Shown one piece after another: positions 9,018-19,741 of a stretch of DNA of 21,120 nt. Location: NCBI GenBank assembly GCA_002269645.1, contig NIVC01005210.1, positions 1 to 21,120 on the forward strand, written 5' to 3'. The number at the start of each line of letters is the position of its first letter. Positions within the stretch are counted from its first letter, which is position 1. A program made the translations under genes and the position numbers. The notes under the pieces are model-generated. The model saw only the letters and a program-made list of their open reading frames with translations, ran no database searches and had not been told where the DNA came from. The stretch comes from Macrostomum lignano (Eukaryota).

Positions 9018-9762
9018 CTACATAAGTCTGCACTGGTTCCTTCTCAGAGCCTCTTGCACCCTGGCCGACGCGGCCTTGTGACCGGAGTCGCGCTGCTCGA
9101 TCGCCTTCAACAATTCGCGGAACGCTGCGCTGACTCGCCAGTTGTACTTGGCTGAGCACTCGGCATAGGTGCACTTCCACTGCTTGCGCACGATGTTGCT
9201 AATATCGCTCTTGCTGCCTCCCTTGGCTTCTTTGTTGTTTCGACTGGCTGAATCAGCTGCTAGATCGGCCTTATTAGCCACAACTAGAGTTGGGACGCTG
9301 ATACCTTGGTCTAATAAGCGTTGTCTCACCTGGCGCACGTACTGGAAGCTGAGCTCCTCCGTGATGTCGAATACCAGCACGTAGGCGGTGGCCGACCGCA
9401 AGCCGCAGCCGCGGTAACAGCTGGAAAACTCCTGCAGAGAATCCTCCGGAAAATACTCCAATGGTGGGCAGTCAACTAAACGGGTGTCGTAAGTTCGGTC
9501 GTTCACCGAAATAGACGGCCGATGAACGATGGGCTTCAATGTCGGCTCGTAGACCTCGGACATTCGCAATGGACAAACTGTTGAACCAAGCTGGTTTTGC
9601 CGACGGCTTGAGCTCCTAAAACTGCAATCCGAAGCAGTGCTGGCTGCGACGGTCGATGCACCGCCCAGCGTCTTGGTCGGCAGTGCCACCGGCTCCGATA
9701 CCATTGGTGTCAGCTGTTGCTAGCCTTTGGCTGATGCCGTTTTGCTGGCTTTGCTGTTGCAT
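9018..9762 (-). CDS. RASL10B: Ras-like small GTPase of the RASL10 family, apparently intronless, with two single-base frame breaks; start 9762 or 9704
   Basis: The P-loop LRIAVLGAQAVGKTSLVQQF lies in a different frame from the tracked ORF. The rest shows DCPP in place of DxxG, GLRSATAYVLVFDI, VVANKAD, VRKQWKCTYAECSAKYNW and ALRRNQCRLM (CaaX). GLRS, WKC.Y.ECSAKYNW and ALRRN.C..M are diagnostic of RASL10. Minus-strand AATAAA at 8905-8910. Confidence 0.88.
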
Positions 9763-11167
9763 GCTCTGATATGCTTGCGTTGCTAATAACAGATCCTAGG
9801 ATTTAAATATGCTTGGACTGGGCTGGAATTAAGACTTGTCCATCTCTCCTTTCGAGCAGGATATTTTCTGCCGGTCGGAGAAATTCTCTGATTCGCTTTG
9901 TTAGCTTGTCCAATTAAATTGCTCGCTTGTCGAAAAATTCTCGCGATAGAAGACGGTCTTTTCGACCTTCTCAGCCCGGCGCTGGGAGCTGTTTATCAAC
10001 CTTGCCAATCAGTAGGGAACGAAAGACCCATTGGCACAGCGCTATCTGCCAACAAGAAAGTAGTAAAGTGTGGCAACATGGCCAAGGCACTTGGACTGCT
10101 CCAAGGGAACTCCCGATGGAAAGTAGGAAGAGTGAGAGCTTCTGTGTCGATCGATCTTCTTTTTAGAATGAAATAGTCGCAGTTGCTATCGCAGTAAACA
10201 GATGGAGGGGTATTCGTATCGTTTTAATTTAGTGTGGTACAATACACCTACGCTTTCTAATAACTTTTTTCAATAAAAACTAAAAAAATAAAACTTAAAG
10301 CTCTAAGCAGGATTAATCTAAAACCACACAAACCACATATTAGTCTTTCACGGACAAGCCTGAAACCAAATGGCTATAGCTTTAGCGTTCAGAATCTAGG
10401 ACGGTACACGAGTATTTGAGTATCCGTCCATCTCAGTCCTTCCGTCCGTTCTGACATATTTCAACATCCGTTATTTTATCTATGAGCCAAAATCTTATTG
10501 AAAGCTGTTTGAAAATGGCCAAAGTCAACCGAAACGCGTCACAATGGATAAATAATCAGCGGTCCCAGTGCGTGACAACGATTGTCTATGGCTCGCGCCT
10601 ATAGACAATGATTTAAATTTTTAATTTATTCAAAATTAAAAGATAGAATCCAACAGAATAAAATAATCTATCCATGATGGTCGCATTTGAGGAGGACTTC
10701 GCTCCCCACAACCCGATTTCGGTGCCGCACACTCACTTTTGCACTGATAGTGTGACCTTGATCAGCTTCAATGTCTACGGTTATGCGTGCACCCGTACTA
10801 TAACGCCAATGCAATAAGGCGTTAATAAAATCATCAGAGGGCTTTGCATGGCCACAGTTTCCTGATCAAGGACGTGAATGCAGTGGTCAGATGTCTGTAT
10901 AAGCACACAGGAATACATTGCTAGAATAGCAATTGCGATTAAAGGTTTTTTATCGGCATTGTTAGGACCAAAACCACAGACACAAACTCACTGACTACAA
11001 GGTGAGAACCTATAAAAGTAATGCTTTCCGAAGAGTAAGTTATTTATAAGATCGGCCTTCAACTTTTGTACTGTCCCGTCCCTTAGTGTTGAGTAGTTCA
11101 TGCAATTGGCAATGCAGTGTTTCGATGCCAAGAATTTATAACCACCATTTACTAGATGGCAACTAGC

Positions 11168-11175
11168 GAGAGAGA

Positions 11176-11235
<60 letters not shown>

Positions 11236-11275
11236 TGAGAGAGAGAGTGGGGGGAGAGAGAGGGAAAGAGAGAGA

Positions 11276-11342
<67 letters not shown>

Positions 11343-11565
11343 AGAGAGAGAGAGAGAGAGAGAGAGGGTTGAGAGAGAGGAAAAGAGAGAGAGAGTGGGG
11401 GGAGAGAGAGAGGGAAAGAGAGAGAGAGGGAGAGAGAGAGAGAGAGAGAGAGGGGGGGGAAAGAGAGAGAGGGAGAGAGAAAGAGAGAGGGATAGAGAGA
11501 GAGGGAAAGAGAGAGAGAGGGAAAGAGAGAGAGAGAGAGGGGGAGAGAGAGGGGGGAGAGAGAGG

Positions 11566-11627
<62 letters not shown>

Positions 11628-11900
11628 AGAGAGAGAGAGAGAGAGGGAAAGAGAGAGAGAGAGAGGGGGGAGAGAGGGGGAAAGAGAGAGAGAGGGAAAG
11701 AGAGAGAGGGAGAGAGAGAGGGGGAGAGAGGGGAAAGAGAGAGAGAGGGAAAGAGAGAGAGGGAGAGAGAGAGGGGGAGAGAGAGAGGGGGAGAGAGAGA
11801 GGGGGTTGAGAGAGAGAGAGAGGGAAAGAGAGAGAGAGAGAGGGTTGAGAGAGAGGAAAAGAGAGAGAGAGGGGGAGAGAGAGAGAGGGAAAGAGAGAGA

Positions 11901-11958
<58 letters not shown>

Positions 11959-12471
11959 AAAGAGAGAGAGGGAGAGAGAAAGAGAGAGGGATAGAGAGAG
12001 AGGGAAAGAGAGAGAGAGGGAGAGAGAGAGAGGGAAAGAGAGAGAGAGAGAGGGGGGAGAGAGGGGGAAAGAGAGAGAGAGGGAGAGAGAGAGAGAGAGG
12101 GGGAGAGAGAGAGAGGGAGAGAGAGAGAGGGAAAAAGGGAAAGAGAGAGAGAGGGAAAGAGGGAAAGAGAGAGAGAGGGAAAGAGAGAGAGAGGAGAGAG
12201 AAAGAGAGAGGGAAAGAGAGAGAGGGAGAGAGAGGGGGGGAGAGAGAGGGAAAGAGAGAGAGAGAGAGTGAAAGAGAGAGAGAGAGGGAGAGAGAAAGAG
12301 AGAGGGAAAGAGAGAGAGGGAAAGAGAGAGAGGGAAAGAGAGAGAGAGGGAGAGAGAAAGAGAGAGGGAAAGAGAGAGAGAGGGAGAGAGAGAGGGAAAG
12401 AGAGAGAGAGGGGGAGAGAGAGGGGGGAGAGAGGGAGAGAGAGGGGGAGAGAGAGAGGGGGAGAGAGAGAG
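11168..12471. repeat. About 1.3-kb imperfect (GA)n polypurine/polypyrimidine microsatellite
   Basis: The plus strand is almost all G/A, with rare T (GGGTTGA, GGGATA, GAGTG). The ER- and SL-repeat ORFs here are artefacts. Confidence 0.99.
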
Positions 12472-13436
12472 CAAATGGATGGGAGTTACAGAAACTCTTT
12501 AAACAAACTCGGCCTGTTGAGACTGCCCTCGCACTATGGCTACAACTACTCGAACTTCGAGCTGTTCAAGCTCACTATATGTTTTGAGGTTCGACAACCC
12601 TGAACTCGAATTTCACCACAGCGTTTTCACAGCTGCGTGCGCCTCATGCGGCCCAGCCTAATCAAAGCCGCCGACTCTGACCTGCACTGGGAGGCTCTGA
12701 AGATATGGCACCTGGCTGTCAATCACTGTTTGACGAGTTCAAATGGGCCTCCGTATTGGTGCATCTGAGCACAAACAAATTTACAATCCGCTCAGGAAGT
12801 GCAGCCTTGGAAACAGAAGAGCTTACATTATGCACCTTTGGTACCGGATCCGTTCATTGTGCAGTACCGCATAAGCTCCATTGGGACAGTGGACTTATGC
12901 AGCTTGCTTTGGTGACATGTTTTGCTTCGTTCCGTTTGGCAAAGCTGACCAAGTTAAATGAAAGAATAGTTAAAAACGACCCATTCGAATTTACATGCTC
13001 TAGTACTCACAATAGTTTGTACCATGCACTGTGCTTTTTGTTAGAAATTCGGTATTTTTCTGCGTAAAACAAATAAGATTAGATCAGATCAGATTATCTA
13101 CCTGTATGCTTGGAATGAAACAAGCAATGAAATAGTGGCATAAATTATACTGTGTGGACGACTAGCTACAACCATGCAGAGTTTCACTATGAAAATTTAC
13201 TTAAAATTTAGATTTCAAAATTTAGTAGATTTTTCTATTTTTTGCTTAATGTGTTTAAAACAGGCTTGAATTGGCCTGAAAATTATTTTTCAGCTTTGGT
13301 TCTCTGACTTTGAGAGTTTCTGCGCTAAGGAAAGTGCCAGATGGTTTTTTTACAGACGAAAAAACCTTGTCTTTAAACCTTGGTTTTAATTGCAACACAT
13401 AAATTGGTGCTTATTGGACCAAAGCAGCAGCGTTTT

Positions 13437-13761
13437 GTACCATAGACAAACTCTCGTATCATAGACAAACTCTCGTACCATAGACAAACTCTCGTATCAT
13501 AGACAAACTCTCGTACCATAGACAAACTCTCGTATCATAGACAAACTCTCGTATCATAGACAAACTCTCGTACCATAGACAAACTCTCGTACCATAGACA
13601 AACTCTCGTACCATAGACAAACTCTCGTATCATAGACAAACTCTCGTACCATAGACAAACTCTCGTATCATAGACAAACTTTCGTATCATAGACAAACGC
13701 TCATACATAGACAAAGACTCATATACCATAGGCAAATGCTTGTACCAAAGACAAACGCTCA
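13437..13761. repeat. 19-bp minisatellite CATAGACAAACTCTCGTAY, 13 near-perfect plus about 4 decayed units
   Basis: Units start at 13441 and every 19 nt through 13688, then diverge. No spacers. Confidence 0.98.
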
Positions 13762-14190
13762 ATTTCTTCGTACTTTGGCAAACATAACTCGGATCAAATC
13801 CAAAATTGGCTGCAAAAAGCTATATTAAAAGATCGGTTTTCGCTAGACTGCAAAATTCTTAGGTACACGAGCACGAGTGCACGCGAAGGTGTAAAAACGA
13901 AAGACAAACTGGAATTTTTTAATAATCGAATTACAAAAATTCAATTGAAAATGTCAGCAGGCACACTATGACAATCTGTAAATGGGATTTATTTCGATTT
14001 CTTTAGCAGAATGGTGCTAAAATTTCAGTCAATGTTTTTTATTGGATACTTTATTGATACTTGCGACTGGTTTTAGGCTAAATAGAATTGCGCAAAAATT
14101 TCCAACAATAAGCAACTTAACTGGAGAGATTTTATTTTTAGTCCAAACGGTAAATTTTATTTTTCAACGCGAGCCACTAAATTAACAAAG

Positions 14191-17100
14191 ATGCTGCTAA
14201 AACTAGCAGCGTGTTATCTACTAACACTCTTGCTGATTCACGGCGGTACCTGCAGCAGGTTTGTCAGGCATCCAAAGTTCGCTAAGACCACCAGACCAGC
14301 AGAAATAGTGGACTCGGGAATTTGGGACGCTAGCTACGGTACGAGCGTTCGCGGTCTGCGATCAAACATGAAGTCAGCCTCGCAGGGTATACCGTTGAAC
14401 TTTGTTATCGAGCAACTGCCGAATAAAAATGATTTCAAACTAGCAATCAGCCTTTGGTGCAGCAGTCAAAATTCGGCCGATCGTATTGTACTGCAACGCA
14501 ATCTGCCATTTTTATTGCGCGACGAAACATTCTGTGAGACGGAGTTTCCTGTGACGATACGGACCACCGATTCTGAATGGTTTAAGTCGGATAACCAAAC
14601 CAAGTATAGTTTGAGACTTTCTATATACAGAGCATCCAGAAATCAAGCAAGCTCGAACTTTAAGGACACGTTCCGAAAAAAGTTTGAGACTGAAATTTTT
14701 ATTTATTAGCACCGAGTGGAGCCTGGAAACCAACAGCCTGTACCTGTGGAATTGGGAATCTGCGTTTAGCAGCGCAAACGTGAGGCCAACCCATCCTCAG
14801 CACCAGACTAATAGATACTTTTTGACTGACGCAACAATCAACTTGATAATGAACTCTGAATGGCCAAGATCGGGCAACTCTTTCGAATCAATTCAATTTA
14901 TAGAGCCACGCTTAGTAAATCTGATCAACCATACAACAGAGTACGTTCGAAACTATATAAACATTGAGGCTATCATGCTACTGGGATTTGGAATTGCATC
15001 TCAATGTTGGACTTCTCGTCCCGAGTACACAACTGTGTACGCATCTCACAAGGCTGGAACTCTTGAGCAGCACGATTTCATGCTCAAAGTTTGTCATTTG
15101 GACAGGGAAACAGGAAAGCTGACATTCTCGCGGCATGGACTTAGCCGTGCGCTGGTTCGCTTCAACGAGCTCAATCGCAAGCAGCTTGTGTGGCGCGAGA
15201 AAAAGGAGTTATATGATAATTACATCCTGAGGATTTGCGCTGGTATTCAGCTGCAACACAATATGCGACCAGTTACCGAATACCGAAGTGTGCTCACGGT
15301 TAAGAATCCAAATTTGGGCTATAAGGTACTCGGAGTAGACACGCATGAATGCGAGATTGTCGGTTCGAGTACGAAACGAGTAACTTTTTTCTCCGATTCC
15401 GGAATCAACCAACTAATATGCCTGATTGTCTGCTCCAGCTATCGGGAGCAATTCGTTTTCAGCAGAGGCGACGTAATACTTAGACCGAACTCAACGCGAT
15501 GCAAAACGGGCTACATCAATGACAATGTTTTTGCTTACAAAACAGGCAACGTCATAGAAATTCGAGGCGCCTTAACCCACGAAGATGCAGGTCAGTACCA
15601 GTGCTCGGCTGGAGGAAAAAAAGTCACCTTTGAAGTAAGCGTCGTTTCAATGCCACGGTTCACCGAGAAACTGCTTACTGGCGAAAAGATGAATGGTGAG
15701 CTGCCCGAAAGAGTCTACGCTATGGAAGGTGAAGGCTACTACATTAGCTGCACCGTTTTCTATTCAGGATTACATCGTTCTATAACGTTGGAGCCAGAGC
15801 TTTATCTAAGATCGCACGGTTCTATCAGGGGCATCTACAACTGGACAAAAAGTACTTTTGAAGAGTTTAAAACCAAAGTTAAGACAGCCGAAGCTGAAAT
15901 AGACACAAGACACAATAGCAAAACAATCACTCTGACTGTTGGCCGTATTCCCAAAGTTTGTAGTCCGCAACGCAATTTATTTAATCATCGATATATGTGC
16001 AACGCAGCTGCTTCCTCAGAAGATGCACGTCGCTACGGCTTGATGGACTATTCGACGCAGAGTGCTGCAGATGTATATTATCTAGCAAGACCTCGACTAA
16101 ATGACTTTGTCTCAGACAGCAGTAGCTCACAGTGATATCACTGTCCAACAAGAAATTATTTTGGCGCAAATTGTATCATAACGGTTTCATTGACGCAGGG
16201 TGTGCTTAGCTTCTTGAAAACTATCGGACTGATCGTTGAGACAGGGCTGCTATCATCGCAGCCGGAGTTGACTGATGTCATCTTGAAGCCCTCCAGGATA
16301 ACTATCACGATTGGAAACCCCGGCTTGCTTAAGTCAGAGCAGCAGAGGAGAAGTCTACTAGCGGTCGCTCCGATTTTTCGCTATAAGAACGGCAATTCAA
16401 TAGTCAGTTTGAGTTCGTTTCGAATGATTCGTAGCAACGAATCGAACAGCAGCGATGACAGAAAGTGCCTTGCTAACCCAGCGTGCCTATTTTCAACTCG
16501 GTTTGAGAAAACCCTGGCCAGCCAGCTTACTCTTGCCGAAATTATTATCTTTAAGGCCAAGACTGCTTCGTTGACTGTACCTTCATGGATCAGTAAGTGG
16601 TCTGCTCAACCGACAACTGTGGCTCCAGTAAATTTTTCAAACGAATCGGTTCGTTCTTTAACAACTAGAACTAATAAAAACATGCGGGAAAAATTAGCAA
16701 CAAGAACAACAGCTGAGGCAGGAGCAACAAATACGCCTCCGACAGCAATAGAAGCGAGAACAACGAAGACGCCAAGATCGACAGTAGAACCAAGAACGAC
16801 AGAGACACCAACAACAACCGAAACAAGAACAACAAAGACACCAAAAACAGCTAAAACAAGAACAACAAGGACTCCAACAACAACCGAAATCAGAGCAACA
16901 AAGACACCACCACGATCGACAACAGTAGAAACAAGAACAGAAACACTATCGACAGCCGAAGCAAAAACTGCAGCAAAGACAACAGCGAATACAACAAAAG
17001 GTAAGTACTAATAAAAATGCTTGATCATTTAGTAAACCGATGCATTAATTTGTAAGTTCCTATGCCAGCTCCATGTAAAAAAACACTTTCAGAATCACCC

Positions 17101-17196
17101 GAACCTCCAAATAATTCGGCGACTAAATCGGGACCATTCGAGTGTGTGCTAGTACTTCTGGCCGCTTTCCTGCTGATGCCTATGGTTATTATTTAG
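14191..17196 (+). CDS. Large cell-surface protein: signal peptide, uncharacterised Cys-containing N-region, at least two Ig-like domains, Thr-rich mucin-like stalk, C-terminal GPI-signal-like tail; exons 14191-17000 and 17069-17196; about 980 codons if the frame breaks are repaired
   Basis: ACAAAGATG start and signal peptide MLLKLAACYLLTLLLIHGGTC; +1 break at T5 14696-14700; Ig signature DAGQYQC and a second YISC...YMC domain; in-frame TGA at 16133-16135; same frame stays open to donor AAAG/GTAAGT at 17001; acceptor TATGCCAG at 17068; last exon APCKKTLSESPEPPNNSATKSGPFECVLVLLAAFLLMPMVII-stop; AATAAA at 17256-17261. Confidence 0.78.
16690..17000 (+). repeat. Coding, degenerate tandem repeat (E/T-x-R-T-T-K/E/R-T-P) forming the mucin-like stalk
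   Basis: RTTKTP, RTTETP, RTTKTP, RTTRTP and RATKTP recur; AGAACAAC/AGAACGAC-rich DNA. Confidence 0.8.
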
Positions 17197-17912
17197 AACG
17201 CTATAAGTTTTTGTTTGTTCTCGGTCACGGCGTACCTGATGTTTCGAACTTATTAAATAAAACAAGCTGTTTTCCCCAACTGCTTTGTTCTGAAAAGTAA
17301 AAGTAGAGTACTGACTGCATTAAAACAATATCCAGCAGTAGTTATAACTTCAACAAGCGCAGGTCACTGTGAAACCCAAATACGCTCTTTTATTTTAGGC
17401 ATAAACATATAAATTTCAAGCTCCAATTAAGATTTCTATGAACGCTCTCCGCAAATCAAACAGTCAAATCAATACTAAAAGCTAAAAAATACGATTGGCG
17501 TTTTAACGGATCAGTGAAAAAAATTAATTGGATTTTTCTAAGTTTAACTTATAGCTGTTTGTGATTTACGCACTAAGCTAGTAAAAAACAATCTAAAGTG
17601 TACAATTTTTTTAAAATTGGGAGAACTTGCGTTGAAGAAACTTTTAAAGAACCCCAAAATCGCAGGCACGCGTGAATGTCCGGAAAGTTCTGACAATTTT
17701 TTACACCACGTTTTTCACATTTTAAAATGAAACAAAATAAATTTAATGTGATCACACAGTTTCTACTTGTACACTGTTTCGTCGCTTTGTACACTAGTCA
17801 TGTGGGTTAAACAGCCCATACTTACCATGCACCGCATTACCACTTATTAACTCGCAATTACATGCAACTCTCAATTATAGTCCAATTCCAAGCAGTTAGA
17901 ATCGCTATTGAA

Positions 17913-19741
17913 CTAAATAGGAGCCGCGATACCGCGGAATTGCTGCTTAGCCGCGGCGGCGGAGCCCATCTCAAAGGTCACGAGCACGGCTCGCACCTTG
18001 AACGGCTCTCCGGCAGCTTGGGCAGCTGCGTTGGCAGCCGCTGGCAGCAATAGTAGATCCTCAGGCCCATCGGCAGACTGCGGGCCATCATCGCTCGGTC
18101 GAGAAGACGAGTCCATTTCAACTCGGACAGGCGGCAGAGAGCGGTCCCTGGGCAGCAGGAACACTGCCGCCCGGTAGCCGCAACGCGATTCGCTCGGCCA
18201 GGCGCGCCGCATCGCCTCGGACAGTCCGGCCGGGGACACAGGCGGCTCGGACTCCGGCCAAGGATGCAGCAGCAAGCAAATTGGACGGCCAATATTTTCG
18301 GCCATGCTGATGGCGTTTACTACGGCATTTATGCCGGTCTTGCTTGCGCCGTGCTTGATTAGATCTAATTCGCGACAGCTCAGGTTGCTGCCGGAGCTAA
18401 CTAAGCAGCGGTTGTCGGCCAGGCAACCAAATATGCTCACCATGGCCAGAAGCTCGTCGATCTAATGAGAGCGGAGCAGCAGAGCGCCACGTTTTCTACT
18501 TCAAAAGTTAAAGCAAGAAGAGCCACAGGTGGTGATATTGCGCCCCTAGTGCTGTACGAGCTATAGCGCTCAATGCATATGGGCTGAAGTATGTAAGAAT
18601 AGTCTAAGCCTTTAAGGAAAATATTCAGAATCTGGAGTGAGATTAGTATAAGAAATCTGTAGGAGAGTGAGATTAAGAATTTGGGAAAGATGTTTGAGAA
18701 TCCAGGAGTGAGACCAGGACTATAAGAGTCAGATTGAGAATCCGTGAGTGAGACCAGGACAAGAGTCAGATTGAGAATCCAGAAGTGAGATCAGGACTCT
18801 GAGAGTCAGATTTAGAATCCAGGAGTGAGTCCAGGACTCTAAGAGTCAGATTAAATATCCAGGAGTGAGACCAGGACTCTACGAGCGTAAAAGAGGCAGA
18901 TTGAGAATCCAGGAGTGAGATTAGGACTCTGAGAGTCATATTGAGAATCCAGGAGTGAGATTAGGACTCAGAGTCAGATTGAGAATCCAGGAGTGAGATT
19001 AGGACTCAGAGTCAGATTGAGAATCCAGGAGTGAGACGAGGACTCTAAGAGTCAGATTGAAAATCCAGGAGTGAGAACAGGACTCTACGAGCGTAAAAGA
19101 GTCAGATTGAGAATCAAGGAGTGAGATTAGGACTCTGAGAGTCATATTGAGAATGCAGAAGTGAGTCCAGGACTCTAAGAGTCAGATTAAGAATCCGGAG
19201 ATTGACAATCCGGCAAGCGAGATTGACAATCCGGCTAGTGAGATTGACAATCCGGCTAATGAGATTCATAATCCGGCAAGTGAGATTGACAATCCGGCAA
19301 GTGAGATTGAGAATCCGGAAAGTGAGATTGACAATCCGGCAAGTGAGATTGACAATCCGGCTAATGAGATTGATAATCCGGCAAGTGAGATTGACAATCC
19401 GGCAAGTGAGATTGAGAATCCGGAAAGTAAGATTGACAATCCGGCAAGTGAGATTGACAATCCGCAAGTGAGATTGAGAACTCGGGATCGAGTGAGATGA
19501 ATAATTAGACTCCCTGCAGAGAAACGCTTGAAAAAATGAAGACAATGGAACTTCTCCTAACCTGCGAGCCATTCAGCGAGCTCTTCGAGAACTCCCCTTG
19601 GATGAGGCACCCATGGCTCAGCTTCAGCGGCAGCAGGCCGCACTCTTGCACGGCTGTCTGCAGCCAGTCCAGCGAATGGGCCGACTGTAGCGGCACTTGA
19701 ACTTGAAGGCTCGACCAAAGCGTTTCGGTTGATTGTCGCAT
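17913..19741 (-). CDS. Unidentified protein, predicted two exons: 19741-19562 (60 codons) and 18461-17913; about 240 aa
   Basis: Exon 1 MRQSTETLWSSLQVQ...SSLNGSQ is exactly 180 nt and ends at donor CAG/GTTAGG (phase 0). Exon 2 begins after CTCTCATTAG/ (phase 0) with IDELLAMVSIFG... in frame with ORF 17913-18443. Both segments are GC-rich islands in AT-rich DNA. No family recognised; extra small introns are possible. Confidence 0.6.
18620..19197. repeat. 38-40-bp tandem satellite GAGTCAGATTGAGAATCCAGGAGTGAGATTAGGACTCT(AA/GA), decayed at the left edge
   Basis: About a dozen recognisable units. The variant unit with CGAGCGTAAAA occurs at about 18882 and 19088. Confidence 0.95.
19198..19500. repeat. 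21-bp tandem repeat GAGATTGACAATCCGGCAAGT, about 14 units, contiguous with and related to the 40-bp array
   Basis: Direct reading. The heptad ORFs on both strands (IVNLTCR, RLTIRQV, SISLAGL) arise because 21 is a multiple of 3. Confidence 0.97.

Noticed and set aside
11152-12603. Long ORFs of SL or ER repeats (440, 217, 199 and 111 aa)
   Set aside because: Translations of a (GA)n tract, which lacks stop codons because of its composition.
12472-13067. Possible LINE (CR1/L2) C-terminal remnant (SYRNSLNKLGLLRL...FELFKL) and ORF 12705-13067
   Set aside because: Only a short, loose resemblance; no RT motifs and no consistent frame. A translated search against Repbase would be needed.
13437-13761. 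CRISPR-like appearance of the regular 19-bp and 28-bp arrays
   Set aside because: Units are head-to-tail with no unique spacers, there are no cas genes, and the context is eukaryotic.
17590-17800. MITE or Helitron end suggested by repeated TGTACA(C) and CTAGT
   Set aside because: Inverted matches are only 6-9 bp in AT-rich DNA, with no convincing TIR, TSD or GC-rich hairpin.
19114-19572. Heptad-repeat ORFs on both strands resembling leucine-zipper or LRR proteins
   Set aside because: Artefacts of a 21-bp repeat inside a predicted intron; several frames are open at once.
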